64,000 nt of DNA from Clostridia bacterium (GTDB lineage Bacteria > Bacillota > Clostridia > Monoglobales > Monoglobaceae), in assembly GCA_017409575.1 (NCBI GenBank), contig JAFQSM010000099.1, positions 14,987 to 78,986 of the forward strand. Reading direction: 5' to 3'. This document shows, piece after piece, positions 20,186 through 30,777 of this stretch (position 1 is its first letter; every line of letters begins with the position of its first letter). The translations under genes and the position numbers were made by a program. The notes beneath the pieces were generated by a model. That model was not told the DNA's origin and searched no databases. It saw only the letters and a list, made by a program, of their open reading frames with translations.

Positions 20186-21622
20186 ATGAATAAAAAAATA
20201 GTTATTCATGTACTTGGCTTATCCCTTGTTCTGGAATCAGCCTGCATGCTTTTACCTCTTATATGCTCGCTTATATACCGCGAAAGTGACGCATTTGCTT
20301 TTGCTGTATCTGCTGCAATCTGCTTTGTTTCGGGCTTTCTTCTTAAATCAATCGTTCCCAAAAAGCGTAATATGTACGCCAAGGAAGGCCTTGCTGCAGT
20401 TTCGCTCAGTTGGATATGTATGAGTTTGTTTGGTGCACTTCCCTTTATTATTTCAGGAGCAATACCAAATTTCTTTGATGCACTCTTCGAGACTGTATCG
20501 GGGTTTACTACAACCGGTGCAAGCATTCTGAAAGATGTCGAAAAGCTTTCACACGGAATGCTTTTTTGGCGAAGCTTTACCCACTGGATTGGCGGTATGG
20601 GTGTTTTGGTTTTTCTGGTGTCGCTCCTCAAGCTTTCGGGTGGAGACAATCTGTATCTGCTTAAAGCCGAAAGTACCGGACCTGCCGTCGGAAAAATTGT
20701 GCCGCGTGTCCAGTCAAGTGCCAAAATTCTTTATGCAATGTATACATTTTTCACTATCTTGGAAATACTTCTGCTTTTGATTGGAGGTATGCCGCTTTTC
20801 GATTCAATAACCATCTCGCTTGGAACAGCCGGCACAGGCGGCTTTGCTGTCAGAAATTCCGGTATGGCTGGTTATACTGCTTTTCAGCAGAATGTGGTCA
20901 CTGTGTTTATGATTCTCTTCGGTATTGATTTTTCGCTTTATTACCTGCTTCTTATGCGAAAATTTAAAGCCGTATTCAAATCAGAAGAACTTCGCGGATA
21001 TCTTGGTGTTATATTGGCTTCAATCATATTGATTTGCATCAATATTTCAGGATTGTTTGACAATATCTGGACCGCCCTCAAACACAGTGCTTTTCAGGTA
21101 GCATCAATCATCACAACTACCGGATATGCCACAACCGACTTTGACAAATGGCCCGAATTCTCAAAAACCATTCTGCTCTTGCTTATGTTCATCGGTGCCT
21201 GTGCAGGAAGTACCGGTGGCGGAATGAAAGTTTCGCGAATTATAATTGCTTTTAAAACAGTAATCAAAGAGCTTAAAATCACCGTACATCCTCAAAGTAC
21301 CCACAAGATAACAATAAACCGACAGCTTGTGGCACATGAAACTATCCGGGCAGTAAATGTGTATATGGTTGCATACTTTGTTATATTTGCATTTTCTCTT
21401 TTGCTTGTAAGTATGGACAAGTTCGACTTTGCAACAAACTTCTCTGCAATTGCTGCAACCATTAACAACATTGGTCCGGGATTTGCCAGAGTTGGTCCAA
21501 CCTGCAATTTTGGGGACTACTCATCATTTTCAAAAATTGTCTTTATTTTTAATATGCTTGTGGGAAGATTGGAGATTTTCCCTATGCTGATACTGTTTTC
21601 TCCATATACCTGGAAGAAATAA
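20186..21622 (+). CDS. trkH: Trk/Ktr potassium transporter membrane subunit TrkH
   Basis: 478 aa polytopic protein. Selectivity-filter-like TTTGAS, GTAGTGGF and TTTGYAT repeats. Confidence 0.9.
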   Translation: MNKKIVIHVLGLSLVLESACMLLPLICSLIYRESDAFAFAVSAAICFVSGFLLKSIVPKKRNMYAKEGLAAVSLSWICMSLFGALPFIISGAIPNFFDALFETVSGFTTTGASILKDVEKLSHGMLFWRSFTHWIGGMGVLVFLVSLLKLSGGDNLYLLKAESTGPAVGKIVPRVQSSAKILYAMYTFFTILEILLLLIGGMPLFDSITISLGTAGTGGFAVRNSGMAGYTAFQQNVVTVFMILFGIDFSLYYLLLMRKFKAVFKSEELRGYLGVILASIILICINISGLFDNIWTALKHSAFQVASIITTTGYATTDFDKWPEFSKTILLLLMFIGACAGSTGGGMKVSRIIIAFKTVIKELKITVHPQSTHKITINRQLVAHETIRAVNVYMVAYFVIFAFSLLLVSMDKFDFATNFSAIAATINNIGPGFARVGPTCNFGDYSSFSKIVFIFNMLVGRLEIFPMLILFSPYTWKK

Positions 21623-21626
21623 GCTT

Positions 21627-21658
21627 TGGTGCCTCTTTCGTTTGAGGCACCATTATTT
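21627..21658 (+). terminator. Probable terminator after trkH
   Basis: TGGTGCCTC-tttcgttt-GAGGCACCA followed by TTATTT. Confidence 0.5.
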
Positions 21659-21673
21659 AAAGGAGTTATACAT

Positions 21674-22570
21674 ATGAAAAAACTTAAATCAAACCTGCTT
21701 TTGCTGATGACTGCAATGATTTGGGGCTTTGCCTTTGTGGCACAAAGAATCGGTGCCGATTCAGTCGGGGCATTTACCTTTAATGGTACGCGCTTTCTTC
21801 TGGGCGCGTTTTCACTTATCCCGGTAATCTTAATTTTTGAAAAAAAAGAAGCCGAAAAAACAATTCATTCCGGCAAAATAACTGTCACCATCAAGTCAGG
21901 TGCTTTGGCAGGCTTGATCCTCTTTATAGCCTCGGCTCTTCAACAATGGGGAGTTGAAATAACCGGCAGTGCCGGAAAATCAAGCTTTCTGACCGGTATT
22001 TACACCGTTTTGGTACCCATTTTGGGGATATTCCTTGGCAAAAAGACCACCCTTAATGTGTGGCTTGGGGCTTTTTTTGCCGTTGTTGGAATGTTCCTGA
22101 TTTGCATAAATGAGAAATGGCAAATAAGCTACGGCGACTGTGTTTTGCTTATCGGTGCAATTTTCTGGGCACTGCATATTCTGGTTATTGACAAGTTTGT
22201 TGACGGAATATACCCAATCCGCTTTGCATTTACACAATTTTTCGTCTGCGGTATTTTGGGTCTTTTGTGTGCATTATCTTTTGAAGATATCTCACTTTCG
22301 GTACTTCAGGCTGCCTCAATCCCCATACTTTACAGCGGAGTACTTTCTGCCGGTGTTGCCTATACCTGTCAGATAATCGGGCAAAAGTCAGCAGACCCCA
22401 CCTATGCCTCCATCATCCTTTCGACCGAATCTATGTTTGGTGCAATCGGCGGCGCCGTTGTTTTGGGCGAGACCATGACTCTTAGGGCATACATCGGATG
22501 TCTTCTTATCTTTGCCGGGATAATAGTTTCGCAGATTGTTTTTAAAAAGAAGCCGCTCAAAACCGCATAA
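21674..22570 (+). CDS. EamA/DMT superfamily transporter
   Basis: Start trimmed to MKKLKSNLLLLMTAMIWGFAFVAQ after AGGAG. 10-TM-like profile with two EamA repeats. Confidence 0.8.
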   Translation: MKKLKSNLLLLMTAMIWGFAFVAQRIGADSVGAFTFNGTRFLLGAFSLIPVILIFEKKEAEKTIHSGKITVTIKSGALAGLILFIASALQQWGVEITGSAGKSSFLTGIYTVLVPILGIFLGKKTTLNVWLGAFFAVVGMFLICINEKWQISYGDCVLLIGAIFWALHILVIDKFVDGIYPIRFAFTQFFVCGILGLLCALSFEDISLSVLQAASIPILYSGVLSAGVAYTCQIIGQKSADPTYASIILSTESMFGAIGGAVVLGETMTLRAYIGCLLIFAGIIVSQIVFKKKPLKTA

Positions 22571-22587
22571 TACCGCGTTTTCGACAA

Positions 22588-23091
22588 ATGACATTCGTGC
22601 CGATGATAATCGGTGAAATACGCCGTTATCTTCGTGACAACACCGCCATCCGTGTCAGCCGCTCTCTTCGCGATACTGCTTACAAAGCCTTATCTGCAAA
22701 AGAAAAGCTTATAAATAAAAATTCAAAAGAGCCTACTCTTGAAGAAATAGCAAAAGAACTTGACCTTTCAAACAAAGAAGTGTCTGTTGCACTTGATGCA
22801 ATAATGGACCCTGTTTCACTCTACGAGCCGATTTACCACGACAGCGGCGGCGATGCGATTTTTGTTATGGACCAGGTCAGGGACGAAAAAAACATTGACG
22901 ATTCGTGGCTTGAAGAGATTTCGATAAAGGAAGCTATGAAGCATTTGAGCGAACGCGAAAAAAACATTCTTGAAATGCGGTTTTTCTCGGGCAGAACTCA
23001 AATGGAAATCGCTGACGAAATCGGCATTTCGCAGGCACAGGTCTCAAGACTGGAGAAAAACGCTTTGGGACATATGAAAAAATATCTTTGA
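22588..23091 (+). pseudogene. sigG: 5'-truncated sporulation sigma factor SigG (only end of region 2 through region 4 present)
   Basis: The 167-aa ORF reads PMIIGEIRRYLRDNTAIRVSRSLRD...DPVSLYEPIYHDSGGDAIFVMDQ...GRTQMEIADEIGISQAQVSRLEKNAL. This matches the C-terminal ~165 residues of Bacillus/Clostridium SigG from memory. About 100 N-terminal residues are absent, and the in-frame upstream sequence runs into the eamA 3' end and a stop at 22543. Confidence 0.8.
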
Positions 23092-23146
23092 TTTCTGCCG
23101 CTGCCAAAAAATATTGTAAAATTTGATATTTTTTTAAAAAAATCCC

Positions 23147-23175
23147 TTGACAAATACAAAAAAAAAGAGTATACT
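23147..23175 (+). promoter_or_regulatory. Candidate promoter for tRNA-Lys
   Basis: TTGACA (23147-23152), 17-nt spacer, TATACT (23170-23175). Confidence 0.55.
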
Positions 23176-23199
23176 GTTATTCGTTGTGAAACACGACAT

Positions 23200-23275
23200 G
23201 CACCATTAGCTCAGCTGGTAGAGCACCTGACTCTTAATCAGGGTGTCCACGGTTCGAGTCCGTGATGGTGTACCA
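23200..23275 (+). tRNA. tRNA-Lys (anticodon CUU)
   Basis: Manual cloverleaf: acceptor GCACCAT/ATGGTGT, D-arm GCTC-AGCTGGTA-GAGC, anticodon arm CCTGA-CTCTTAA-TCAGG, T-arm CACGG-TTCGAGT-CCGTG, encoded CCA. Confidence 0.9.
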
Positions 23276-23280
23276 AAAAA

Positions 23281-23307
23281 AGCATCGACTTTGTCGGTGC
23301 TTTTTTC
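23281..23307 (+). terminator. Terminator after tRNA-Lys
   Basis: AGCATCGAC-ttt-GTCGGTGCT followed by TTTTT. Confidence 0.7.
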
Positions 23308-23335
23308 AATAAAAATATGCAGAAATATACCAATT

Positions 23336-23365
23336 AAAAAATCCTGTCATACGACAGGATTTTTT
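23336..23365. terminator. Bidirectional terminator (serves the aldose-epimerase gene on the minus strand)
   Basis: AAAAA-ATCCTGTC-atac-GACAGGAT-TTTTT. Confidence 0.75.
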
Positions 23366-23372
23366 AATTTTC

Positions 23373-24239
23373 CTATATCGAAAAAGTCATACTGTGTACC
23401 GCAGAATATTCTTCGCCTTTTAAAAGTCTTATCATATCCGGTTTTTCGTCGATTTTTCCAACCATATGCGGCACATCGCTTATCATTGACCAGGGCTCGA
23501 TGCAAAGGTATTTTTCGTCCGCATTCTGCCATACAAGCAGATGTTTGAAGTCGTCATACTTTACTGTCACCTTGCGTGTACCATTTTTGTGAACAATCGA
23601 ACATTCTTTGCTTTTTATGTCAGGAAGCACAAGTGCCCCTGCCTTTTCGTCACGGAAAGAAGTCTCGTCAAAATTCAGCGTGTCCGAATCTTTTACAATA
23701 CCCCTGTTTAACTCGCGTACTTTTGTTCCCGACACATCATATCCGTCAAGGGTCAGCTTTTGGTCAAAAACAACCTTGTATTCGGTCAACCCCTCGGGGA
23801 TAGCATATGCCTCATGTCCGCCGAATGCAAAAAACATTTCGTCCGAATTTGCATTCTTTGCAGTATAGCAAACATATAAGGTGTTTTTTACAAGCTTGTA
23901 ATTAACGCGGAACTCAAATTCAAAAGGATAGCATTCCCGGGTCTCGTCATTTGCTACAAGCAAAAATGTAGCCTCGTCCTCGCACTTTTTCTCAAGCTCA
24001 AACTCCATTTTTTGGGCAAAGCCGTGTATCTGGAGTGTATACTCCTTGTCTTTGTATATGTACTTATCATCGCCAAGCAAGCCGCATATGGGGAACGCTA
24101 TAGGCGCTGTTCTGCTTTCGGGCTCGTTTCCCATTTTAGCCATAAATTCTGTTCCGTCGTTATTTTTTATACTCTTGATTTCTGCTGCAAATGTTTCTAT
24201 CTCTGCAACAAGTTCCTGTGACTGTATTTTTACCAGCAT
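23373..24239 (-). CDS. Aldose 1-epimerase family protein (LacX-like)
   Basis: Start trimmed to MLVKIQSQELVAEI after GGAGGAAG. Beta-sandwich mutarotase-like sequence (FPFEFEFRVNY, HEAYA, CIEPW). Confidence 0.7.
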   Translation of the reverse strand: MLVKIQSQELVAEIETFAAEIKSIKNNDGTEFMAKMGNEPESRTAPIAFPICGLLGDDKYIYKDKEYTLQIHGFAQKMEFELEKKCEDEATFLLVANDETRECYPFEFEFRVNYKLVKNTLYVCYTAKNANSDEMFFAFGGHEAYAIPEGLTEYKVVFDQKLTLDGYDVSGTKVRELNRGIVKDSDTLNFDETSFRDEKAGALVLPDIKSKECSIVHKNGTRKVTVKYDDFKHLLVWQNADEKYLCIEPWSMISDVPHMVGKIDEKPDMIRLLKGEEYSAVHSMTFSI

Positions 24240-24268
24240 CTTTCTTCCTCCGATTCTCAAATATAAAT

Positions 24269-24802
24269 TTATTTTTTTATTATATCATATCTCACAATTC
24301 CCACAACAACCGAAATCAGTATGCAAAGATGTGTAACCATATTTGCTGTTGCTATCGGAGTTGCCATAACATCATATGCTATCCAGACAAGCATATTGGC
24401 AAGAAACAAAAATCTTGTCGCTGTTGAGTTTTTTATACTTACACCAATCAGGAATATCAAAGACCCAAAAAGCGGCAACAAATCATACGGAACTTTTACC
24501 GTTTCGGCAATACAAAGTGTAAATACCGATGCTGCAACATACAGTGCAAGAAAAACCACTGTCAATGCGCGCGGCGGAGTTTTCTCTTTTTTGAGGTAGA
24601 AAAAGTTGGTCAAAGTCTGAAGAGCTCCCACCAGGCAGACTGCCCCTCCCGACATTTTTTCAACGCCCAAAAAAAGATAACTCAGTGCGACAAACGCATT
24701 TGAAAAAAACTGCGAAAGGATTATTTGCCATTGCTTTTTCAACTGAAATCCAATAATCGAAACAATTGTTGCGGCATATCCAAAAATCTGTGACATATCC
24801 AT
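24269..24802 (-). CDS. YgjV-like inner membrane protein
   Basis: 177 aa, 5-6 predicted TM helices, resembles the YgjV family. Weak assignment. Confidence 0.45.
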   Translation of the reverse strand: MDMSQIFGYAATIVSIIGFQLKKQWQIILSQFFSNAFVALSYLFLGVEKMSGGAVCLVGALQTLTNFFYLKKEKTPPRALTVVFLALYVAASVFTLCIAETVKVPYDLLPLFGSLIFLIGVSIKNSTATRFLFLANMLVWIAYDVMATPIATANMVTHLCILISVVVGIVRYDIIKK

Positions 24803-24825
24803 TTACCCCTCTTTTGTTTCAAAAA

Positions 24826-26184
24826 TCAGTTTTTAAGACTGTGTATGGGTGCAGGAATTCTTCCGCCTCTGTCGACAAATTCCTGACTTGAGTAACCATG
24901 CACCGGCATAATCGGGGCATATCCCAAAAGTCCGCCAAATTCAACCGTCTCGCCAACGCCTTTGCCGATAACCGGAACAACCCTGACTGCTGTTGTCTTT
25001 TGGTTTATCATACCTATCGCCATTTCGTCTGCAATAATTGCCGAAATAGTCGATGCCGGGGTATCGCCCGGGATTGCTATCATATCAAGACCAACCGAGC
25101 ACACGCAGGTCATTGCCTCAAGCTTATCCAATGTAAGAGCGCCACATCCTGCAGCCGCAATCATGCCTGCATCTTCGCTGACCGGAATAAATGCACCACT
25201 GAGTCCGCCAACATAGCTAGATGCCATAACTCCGCCTTTTTTGACAGCGTCATTAAGAAGAGCAAGAGCTGCTGTTGTGCCGTGTGTTCCGCATTTTTCA
25301 AGACCCATTTCCTCCAAAATATAAGCAACACTGTCGCCGATTTCGGGGGTGGGTGCAAGTGATAAGTCAACTATCCCAAACGGAACATTAAGCCGCCTTG
25401 ATGCCTCCTGCGCAACAAGCTGACCCATTCGGGTTATCTTAAACGCCGTCTTTTTGATTGTCTCGGCAACCGTTCCAAAATCGCAACCTTTTACCTTTTC
25501 GAGTGCCGATTTTACAACTCCGGGACCACTTACGCCTACATTTATTACGGCGTCGCCTTCGCCAACGCCGTGGAAAGCGCCTGCCATAAACGGATTATCC
25601 TCAACCGCATTTGCAAATATAACCAGTTTTGCACAGCCCAAAGAATCACTGTCCTTTGTAAGCTGTGCGGTTTTTACAACGGTTTCGCCCATAAGCTTTA
25701 CCGCATCCATATTAATTCCGGCTTTTGTTGTTGCAACGCCCACAGACGAGCAAACTCTCTCGGTTGTGGCAAGAGCCTCGGGGATTGAATTTATCAGAAT
25801 TTCGTCGCTTTTTGCAAAGCCTTTATGTACAAGTGCCGAAAATCCGCCGATAAAATTAACCCCTGTTTCTATTGCCGCTTTGTTGAGGGTTTTTGCAAAG
25901 CACACATAATCTTTTGCATCACTTGCCCCTGCAATAAGCGAAATCGGAGTAACCGAAATACGCTTGTTTATAATCGGTATTCCGTACTGACGGCTGATTT
26001 CCTCGCCTGTTTTTACCAAATCTTTTGCATATCCTGTGATTTTGTCATAGATTTTCTGGCAAGCCTTATTGGCATCGCTGTCTATGCAATCAAGAAGCGA
26101 TATACCCATTGTAATCGTTCTTACATCAAGATGCTGGTCATCAATCATTTTGATTGTTTCTGTAATTTCGCGTGTGTTAATCAT
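24826..26184 (-). CDS. UPF0210 (DUF711) family protein
   Basis: Start trimmed to [33 protein letters not shown], the typical UPF0210 N-terminus. Paired with an ACT protein, as is usual for this family. Confidence 0.8.
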   Translation of the reverse strand: MINTREITETIKMIDDQHLDVRTITMGISLLDCIDSDANKACQKIYDKITGYAKDLVKTGEEISRQYGIPIINKRISVTPISLIAGASDAKDYVCFAKTLNKAAIETGVNFIGGFSALVHKGFAKSDEILINSIPEALATTERVCSSVGVATTKAGINMDAVKLMGETVVKTAQLTKDSDSLGCAKLVIFANAVEDNPFMAGAFHGVGEGDAVINVGVSGPGVVKSALEKVKGCDFGTVAETIKKTAFKITRMGQLVAQEASRRLNVPFGIVDLSLAPTPEIGDSVAYILEEMGLEKCGTHGTTAALALLNDAVKKGGVMASSYVGGLSGAFIPVSEDAGMIAAAGCGALTLDKLEAMTCVCSVGLDMIAIPGDTPASTISAIIADEMAIGMINQKTTAVRVVPVIGKGVGETVEFGGLLGYAPIMPVHGYSSQEFVDRGGRIPAPIHSLKN

Positions 26185-26202
26185 ATTTCCTCCCAAAAAC
26201 GG

Positions 26203-26472
26203 TTAAATTCTGTGCATTGAGTTGAAAATCTCTTCGTTTTGCATGCGGATATCAACGCCAATCTCTTTTCCGATTTTTTCGAGGTCCTTAAGAATCTCGT
26301 CACTGCTGTCATTTGCACCTTTAAGGTCAACCAGCATAACCATTGTGAATATATCCTGCATTATGGTCTGGTTTATGTCCATTATGTTTACTCCGTGTCT
26401 GTAAAGGCAGTCACTTACCTTTGCAATAATACCTGTGCGGTCAATTCCCATAACCGTAATTATTGTTCTCAT
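26203..26472 (-). CDS. ACT domain protein (UPF0237)
   Basis: 89 aa, IITVMGIDRTGIIAKVS ACT signature. Upstream partner of the UPF0210 gene. Confidence 0.8.
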   Translation of the reverse strand: MRTIITVMGIDRTGIIAKVSDCLYRHGVNIMDINQTIMQDIFTMVMLVDLKGANDSSDEILKDLEKIGKEIGVDIRMQNEEIFNSMHRI

Positions 26473-26529
26473 AGTTGTTCTCCTTTTTCTGTTTTAATTA
26501 ATGTTTGTTTTCCTTGTTAAATCCCTATT

Positions 26530-26558
26530 ATTATACAACCTTGCACAAGTGTAGTCAA
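26530..26558 (-). promoter_or_regulatory. Candidate promoter for the ACT/UPF0210 operon
   Basis: Minus strand: TTGACT, 17-nt spacer, TATAAT. Confidence 0.5.
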
Positions 26559-26581
26559 GTAAAATTTATACAAAAAAGCAG

Positions 26582-26610
26582 TTGAAAAAATTTACTTTTT
26601 GTGGTAGAAT
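26582..26610 (+). promoter_or_regulatory. Candidate promoter for ygiQ
   Basis: TTGAAA, 17-nt spacer, TGg-TAGAAT (extended -10). Confidence 0.5.
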
Positions 26611-26646
26611 AAAAGTGTTATTTATTTTGATTGAGAGGTTTTTTTA

Positions 26647-28587
26647 GTGTTTCTTCCCATTTCGGAAAGCGATATGAAAAAACAAAATATAAAACAGCTT
26701 GATTTTGTGTATGTAATAGGCGATGCCTACATCGACCATTCAAGCTTTGGTCACGCGATTATATCCCGTGTTCTGCAGGCTGCAGGCTTTACCGTCGGGA
26801 TTATTTCGCAACCTGACTGGCACAGTTCAGCCGCCTTCAAAGCACTTGGTGAGCCAAGGCTTGGTTTTTTGGTTTCGTCAGGAAACATAGACCCTATGGT
26901 CAATCATTACACTGTCTCAAAAAAGGTCCGCTCGGTTGACCTTTACTCCCCCGGCGGAAGACCGGGCCGGCGACCCGACCGTGCAACAATTGTATATTGC
27001 AACCGCATCCGCGAGGCATATGGCAAAAAAGTCCCGATAATAATCGGCGGTATTGAGGCAAGCCTCAGGCGTTTTGCTCACTATGATTACTGGTCGGACA
27101 AGGTGCGTCGCAGTATACTTATCGACAGCGGTGCCGACCTGCTTATCTATGGTATGGGCGAGCATCAGATTGTCGAAATTGCAAATCTTCTTGAAATGGG
27201 TGTACCGGTAAACGGAATCAAAAGTGTTGCCGGCACCGCATACATCGAAAATACAAATGGGATACTGCCCGACAATTCGGTCATAATCCCGTCATACACC
27301 GAAGTCACGGAAAACAAAAAGCTTTATGCAAAAGCGACCCGGCTTCAGTATGAAGAACAAGACTCAATAGCCGGAAGACCGGTTGTCCAGATGGATAATG
27401 ACGACAAATTTGTTGTTCAGCTTCCTCCATCACCGCCTCTTACCACAGAGGAGCTTGACAGGGTCTATGAACTTCCATACGAGGGAACATATCACCCGAT
27501 TTATGAAAAAGACGGCGGAGTCCCTGCCATAACCGAAGTCGAATTCAGCATAACTTCGTGCCGCGGATGCTTTGGCTCGTGCAATTTTTGTGCACTTGCC
27601 TTTCATCAGGGTCGCACGGTAACCGCACGAAGTCACGAATCAATCCTGCGTGAGGCAAAAAAGCTTACCGAAAAACCGGGGTTCAAAGGATATATTCACG
27701 ATGTCGGCGGACCTACAGCAAACTTCCGTGCACCGTCTTGTCAAAAGCAACTTAAATATGGTGTGTGCAAAAACCGCCGGTGTCTTTTCCCCGAGCCTTG
27801 CAAAAATCTTGAGGTTTCGCACCGCGATTACCTTGAACTTTTGCAAAAGATACGAAAGCTCCCAAGGGTAAAAAAAGTCTTTGTCCGTTCGGGAATACGT
27901 TTTGACTATCTGCTTGCTGACAAAAACACCGATTTTTTCCGCGAGCTTTGCGAAAATCATATCAGCGGACAATTAAGGGTTGCACCCGAGCATATATCGG
28001 ATAATGTCCTCAAAGCTATGGGAAAGCCACAACACAGTGTTTATGAGAAGTTTCTTGAAAAATTTGACCGTATCAACTCAAAAACCGGCAAAAAGCAGTT
28101 TGTGGTGCCTTACCTTATGTCTTCTCATCCCGGAAGCACTCTTAAGGACGCAATAAAGCTTGCGGAATATCTGAAAAAAAATCACATAAACCCCGAACAG
28201 GTTCAGGATTTTTATCCGACTCCCGGCAGTATATCCACTTGTATGTATTATACAGGTCTTGACCCAATGACAATGAACTCAGTTTATGTCCCGAGTGACT
28301 ACAACGAAAAAAAAATGCAGCGGGCACTTCTGCAGTTTGGGTCGCCCCAAAACTATTCACTTGTCCTTGCCGCTCTTAAAAAAGCAAAACGACTTGACCT
28401 TGTGGGTTTTGGGCCGGATTGTCTGATAAAACCAACCTCATACCAAGCAAAAGGAGAGAAAAAAAATGGCAACAATACTCAGCGGAAAGGTAGTATCCGC
28501 ACGGATAAAAGAAAACCTGACAAAAGAAATAGCCGACCTGAAAGCAAACGGAATTCTTCCGGGTCTCGCCGTAATCATAGTAGGTGA
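26647..28587 (+). CDS. ygiQ: YgiQ family (UPF0313) radical SAM protein
   Basis: GTG start after [17 protein letters not shown]-terminus, radical SAM cluster motif [11 protein letters not shown], lysine/arginine-rich C-terminal tail. Confidence 0.85.
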   Translation: MFLPISESDMKKQNIKQLDFVYVIGDAYIDHSSFGHAIISRVLQAAGFTVGIISQPDWHSSAAFKALGEPRLGFLVSSGNIDPMVNHYTVSKKVRSVDLYSPGGRPGRRPDRATIVYCNRIREAYGKKVPIIIGGIEASLRRFAHYDYWSDKVRRSILIDSGADLLIYGMGEHQIVEIANLLEMGVPVNGIKSVAGTAYIENTNGILPDNSVIIPSYTEVTENKKLYAKATRLQYEEQDSIAGRPVVQMDNDDKFVVQLPPSPPLTTEELDRVYELPYEGTYHPIYEKDGGVPAITEVEFSITSCRGCFGSCNFCALAFHQGRTVTARSHESILREAKKLTEKPGFKGYIHDVGGPTANFRAPSCQKQLKYGVCKNRRCLFPEPCKNLEVSHRDYLELLQKIRKLPRVKKVFVRSGIRFDYLLADKNTDFFRELCENHISGQLRVAPEHISDNVLKAMGKPQHSVYEKFLEKFDRINSKTGKKQFVVPYLMSSHPGSTLKDAIKLAEYLKKNHINPEQVQDFYPTPGSISTCMYYTGLDPMTMNSVYVPSDYNEKKMQRALLQFGSPQNYSLVLAALKKAKRLDLVGFGPDCLIKPTSYQAKGEKKNGNNTQRKGSIRTDKRKPDKRNSRPESKRNSSGSRRNHSR

Positions 28588-29317
28588 AGACCCTGCATCA
28601 AAAGTCTACGTAGGCAGAAAGGAAGCAATGTGCACCGAGCTTGGTATGCACTCCGAAAAGTTTGCTCTGCCTGAAAATACAACCCAGGACCAGCTTTTGG
28701 AATTGGTTGAAAAACTGAATAATGACGACAAAATCCACGGCATTCTGGTACAGCTTCCGCTCCCCAAGCATCTGGACGAAAAGGCTGTCATCAACAACAT
28801 CCGTCCCGAGAAGGATGTTGATGCGTTTCACCCCGTAAATGTCGGAAAAATTATGATTGGCGACTATGACTTTGTGCCCTGTACCCCTGCCGGAATTATG
28901 GAACTTATTGCAGAAAGCGGCGTAGAGGTTGAAGGCAAGACCTGTGTAGTTGTTGGCAGAAGCAACATTGTAGGCAAGCCTATGAGTATGCTTCTCCTTC
29001 ACAAAAACGGTACCGTGACCACTTGCCATTCCAGAACAAAAAATCTTGCCGAGGTAGTAAAAACAGCGGATATTTTGGTTGCAGCCGTTGGCAAAGCAAA
29101 CTTTATCACTGCAGATATGGTAAAACCCGGGGCTGTTGTCATTGACGTTGGCATGAATCGTCTTGAGGATGGCAGACTTGTAGGCGACGTAGACTTTGAA
29201 GCGGTCGAAAAGATTGCAGGGGCAATCACTCCTGTACCGGGCGGTGTTGGGCCAATGACAATCGCAATGCTTATGAAAAACACATTTACCGCAGCAAAAA
29301 ACAGCCGCAATAAGTAA
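28466..29317 (+). CDS. folD: Bifunctional methylenetetrahydrofolate dehydrogenase/cyclohydrolase FolD
   Basis: 283 aa, [10 protein letters not shown]..., [39 protein letters not shown] Shine-Dalgarno. The start lies 122 nt inside ygiQ. Confidence 0.95.
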   Translation: MATILSGKVVSARIKENLTKEIADLKANGILPGLAVIIVGEDPASKVYVGRKEAMCTELGMHSEKFALPENTTQDQLLELVEKLNNDDKIHGILVQLPLPKHLDEKAVINNIRPEKDVDAFHPVNVGKIMIGDYDFVPCTPAGIMELIAESGVEVEGKTCVVVGRSNIVGKPMSMLLLHKNGTVTTCHSRTKNLAEVVKTADILVAAVGKANFITADMVKPGAVVIDVGMNRLEDGRLVGDVDFEAVEKIAGAITPVPGGVGPMTIAMLMKNTFTAAKNSRNK

Positions 29318-29338
29318 AAAGCGAGGTATACCTTTGTT

Positions 29339-30709
29339 ATGAAAGCAAAAACCGTCTTTGTTTGTTCGGAATGCGGAGCAAACTTTCCAAAATGGATGGG
29401 CAAATGTACCTCCTGCAATTCGTGGAATACAATTGAAGAGGAAGTTATTTATGACGCATCCAAATCCGGCAAGGTTTCGGTTATGTCCACACAGTCAGTT
29501 GGTACATCGGTACCAAAACCCATTGCCGACATAAAAACAACCGATGAAGAACGCACGCTTACAGGCATGAGCGAGCTTGACCGCGTTCTTGGCGGTGGTT
29601 TGGTCAGAGGTTCGCTGGTGCTTGTGGGCGGCGACCCCGGAATAGGCAAATCTACTCTTCTTCTGCAGATTTGTGAGCATATCGGCAAAACAAAAAAAAT
29701 TCTTTATGTTTCGGGCGAAGAGTCCCAGAAACAAATAAAGCTGAGAGCAGACCGACTTGGAATAACAACTCCAAACCTCAAGGTTTACTCTGAGACAAAT
29801 ATGAGTCTCATTCTTGATTCTGTGTTTCGCGAAAGTCCGGATGTATTGATTGTGGATTCGGTACAGACAATGTTTAACCCCGAGATACAGTCAACCCCCG
29901 GCAATATTGCTCAAATCCGTGATGTTGCCACAGTTCTTATGAAAGTTGCAAAAGAAAATTCTATATCAGTTTTTCTTGTTGGACATGTAACCAAAGAGGG
30001 CGCTCTTGCCGGTCCGAAAATCCTTGAACATATTGTGGATACTGTGCTTTATTTCGAGGGTGAAAGGCATCAGGCATTCAGAGTGCTGAGAGCGGTGAAA
30101 AACCGTTTTGGCTCGACCAATGAGATTGGTGTTTTTGAAATGGGCGGCAGCGGTCTTGAAGAAATTCCAAATCCGTCACAGGCAATGCTTTCAGGCAGGC
30201 CAAAAAATGTATCCGGCTCGTGCATAATCTGCACAATGGAAGGAACGAGACCGGTTCTTGCCGAAATTCAGGCACTTGTATCACCCACCTCCTTCGGCAA
30301 TCCGCGCCGTATGGCAAGCGGACCCGACCTTGGCAGAACACTTATGCTGATGGCGGTCCTGGAAAAACAATGCGGACTCAAGATGTCTCTTCTGGACGCT
30401 TATGTCAACATTGTCGGCGGACTCAGGATTACCGAACCCGCTGCAGACCTTGGTATTGTTCTTGCGACAGCTTCAAGCTGCACCGGGGTCGCAATTGACG
30501 CAGATACAGTTGCAATCGGCGAAATCGGTCTTACGGGCGAACTTAGACCATGCAGTTTTTTGGAAGCCCGAATAGCAGAATGTGAAAAACTGGGTTTTAA
30601 GAGGTGTATTGTTCCTGCAACCAATCTTGAAAAGCTAAAAAAATTCAAAGCCATAGAGCTTTGTCCATTTTACGACATAAAATCCGTAATCGACAAATTT
30701 TGCAAATAA
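29339..30709 (+). CDS. radA: DNA repair protein RadA
   Basis: 456 aa. N-terminal zinc finger CSECGANFPKWMGKCTSC, Walker A GDPGIGKST, KNRFG motif, Lon-like C-terminal domain. Confidence 0.95.
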   Translation: MKAKTVFVCSECGANFPKWMGKCTSCNSWNTIEEEVIYDASKSGKVSVMSTQSVGTSVPKPIADIKTTDEERTLTGMSELDRVLGGGLVRGSLVLVGGDPGIGKSTLLLQICEHIGKTKKILYVSGEESQKQIKLRADRLGITTPNLKVYSETNMSLILDSVFRESPDVLIVDSVQTMFNPEIQSTPGNIAQIRDVATVLMKVAKENSISVFLVGHVTKEGALAGPKILEHIVDTVLYFEGERHQAFRVLRAVKNRFGSTNEIGVFEMGGSGLEEIPNPSQAMLSGRPKNVSGSCIICTMEGTRPVLAEIQALVSPTSFGNPRRMASGPDLGRTLMLMAVLEKQCGLKMSLLDAYVNIVGGLRITEPAADLGIVLATASSCTGVAIDADTVAIGEIGLTGELRPCSFLEARIAECEKLGFKRCIVPATNLEKLKKFKAIELCPFYDIKSVIDKFCK

Positions 30710-30777
30710 TTTTAAAAACAATTTAATATAATATATCAAAAATAAAAAACTTAAATGTTTGAAGGGAAGTCTTTTGA

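Noticed and set aside
20206-20724. 172-aa minus-strand ORF
   Set aside because: It is antisense to trkH and has no ribosome-binding site or homology.
22571-23091. skin-like developmentally excised element interrupting sigG within this window
   Set aside because: No recombinase, phage or mobile genes flank the junction. The upstream 22 kb are core genes (nusA-infB operon, trkAH) that could not be on an excisable element. The split-gene idea is kept only as something to test genome-wide.
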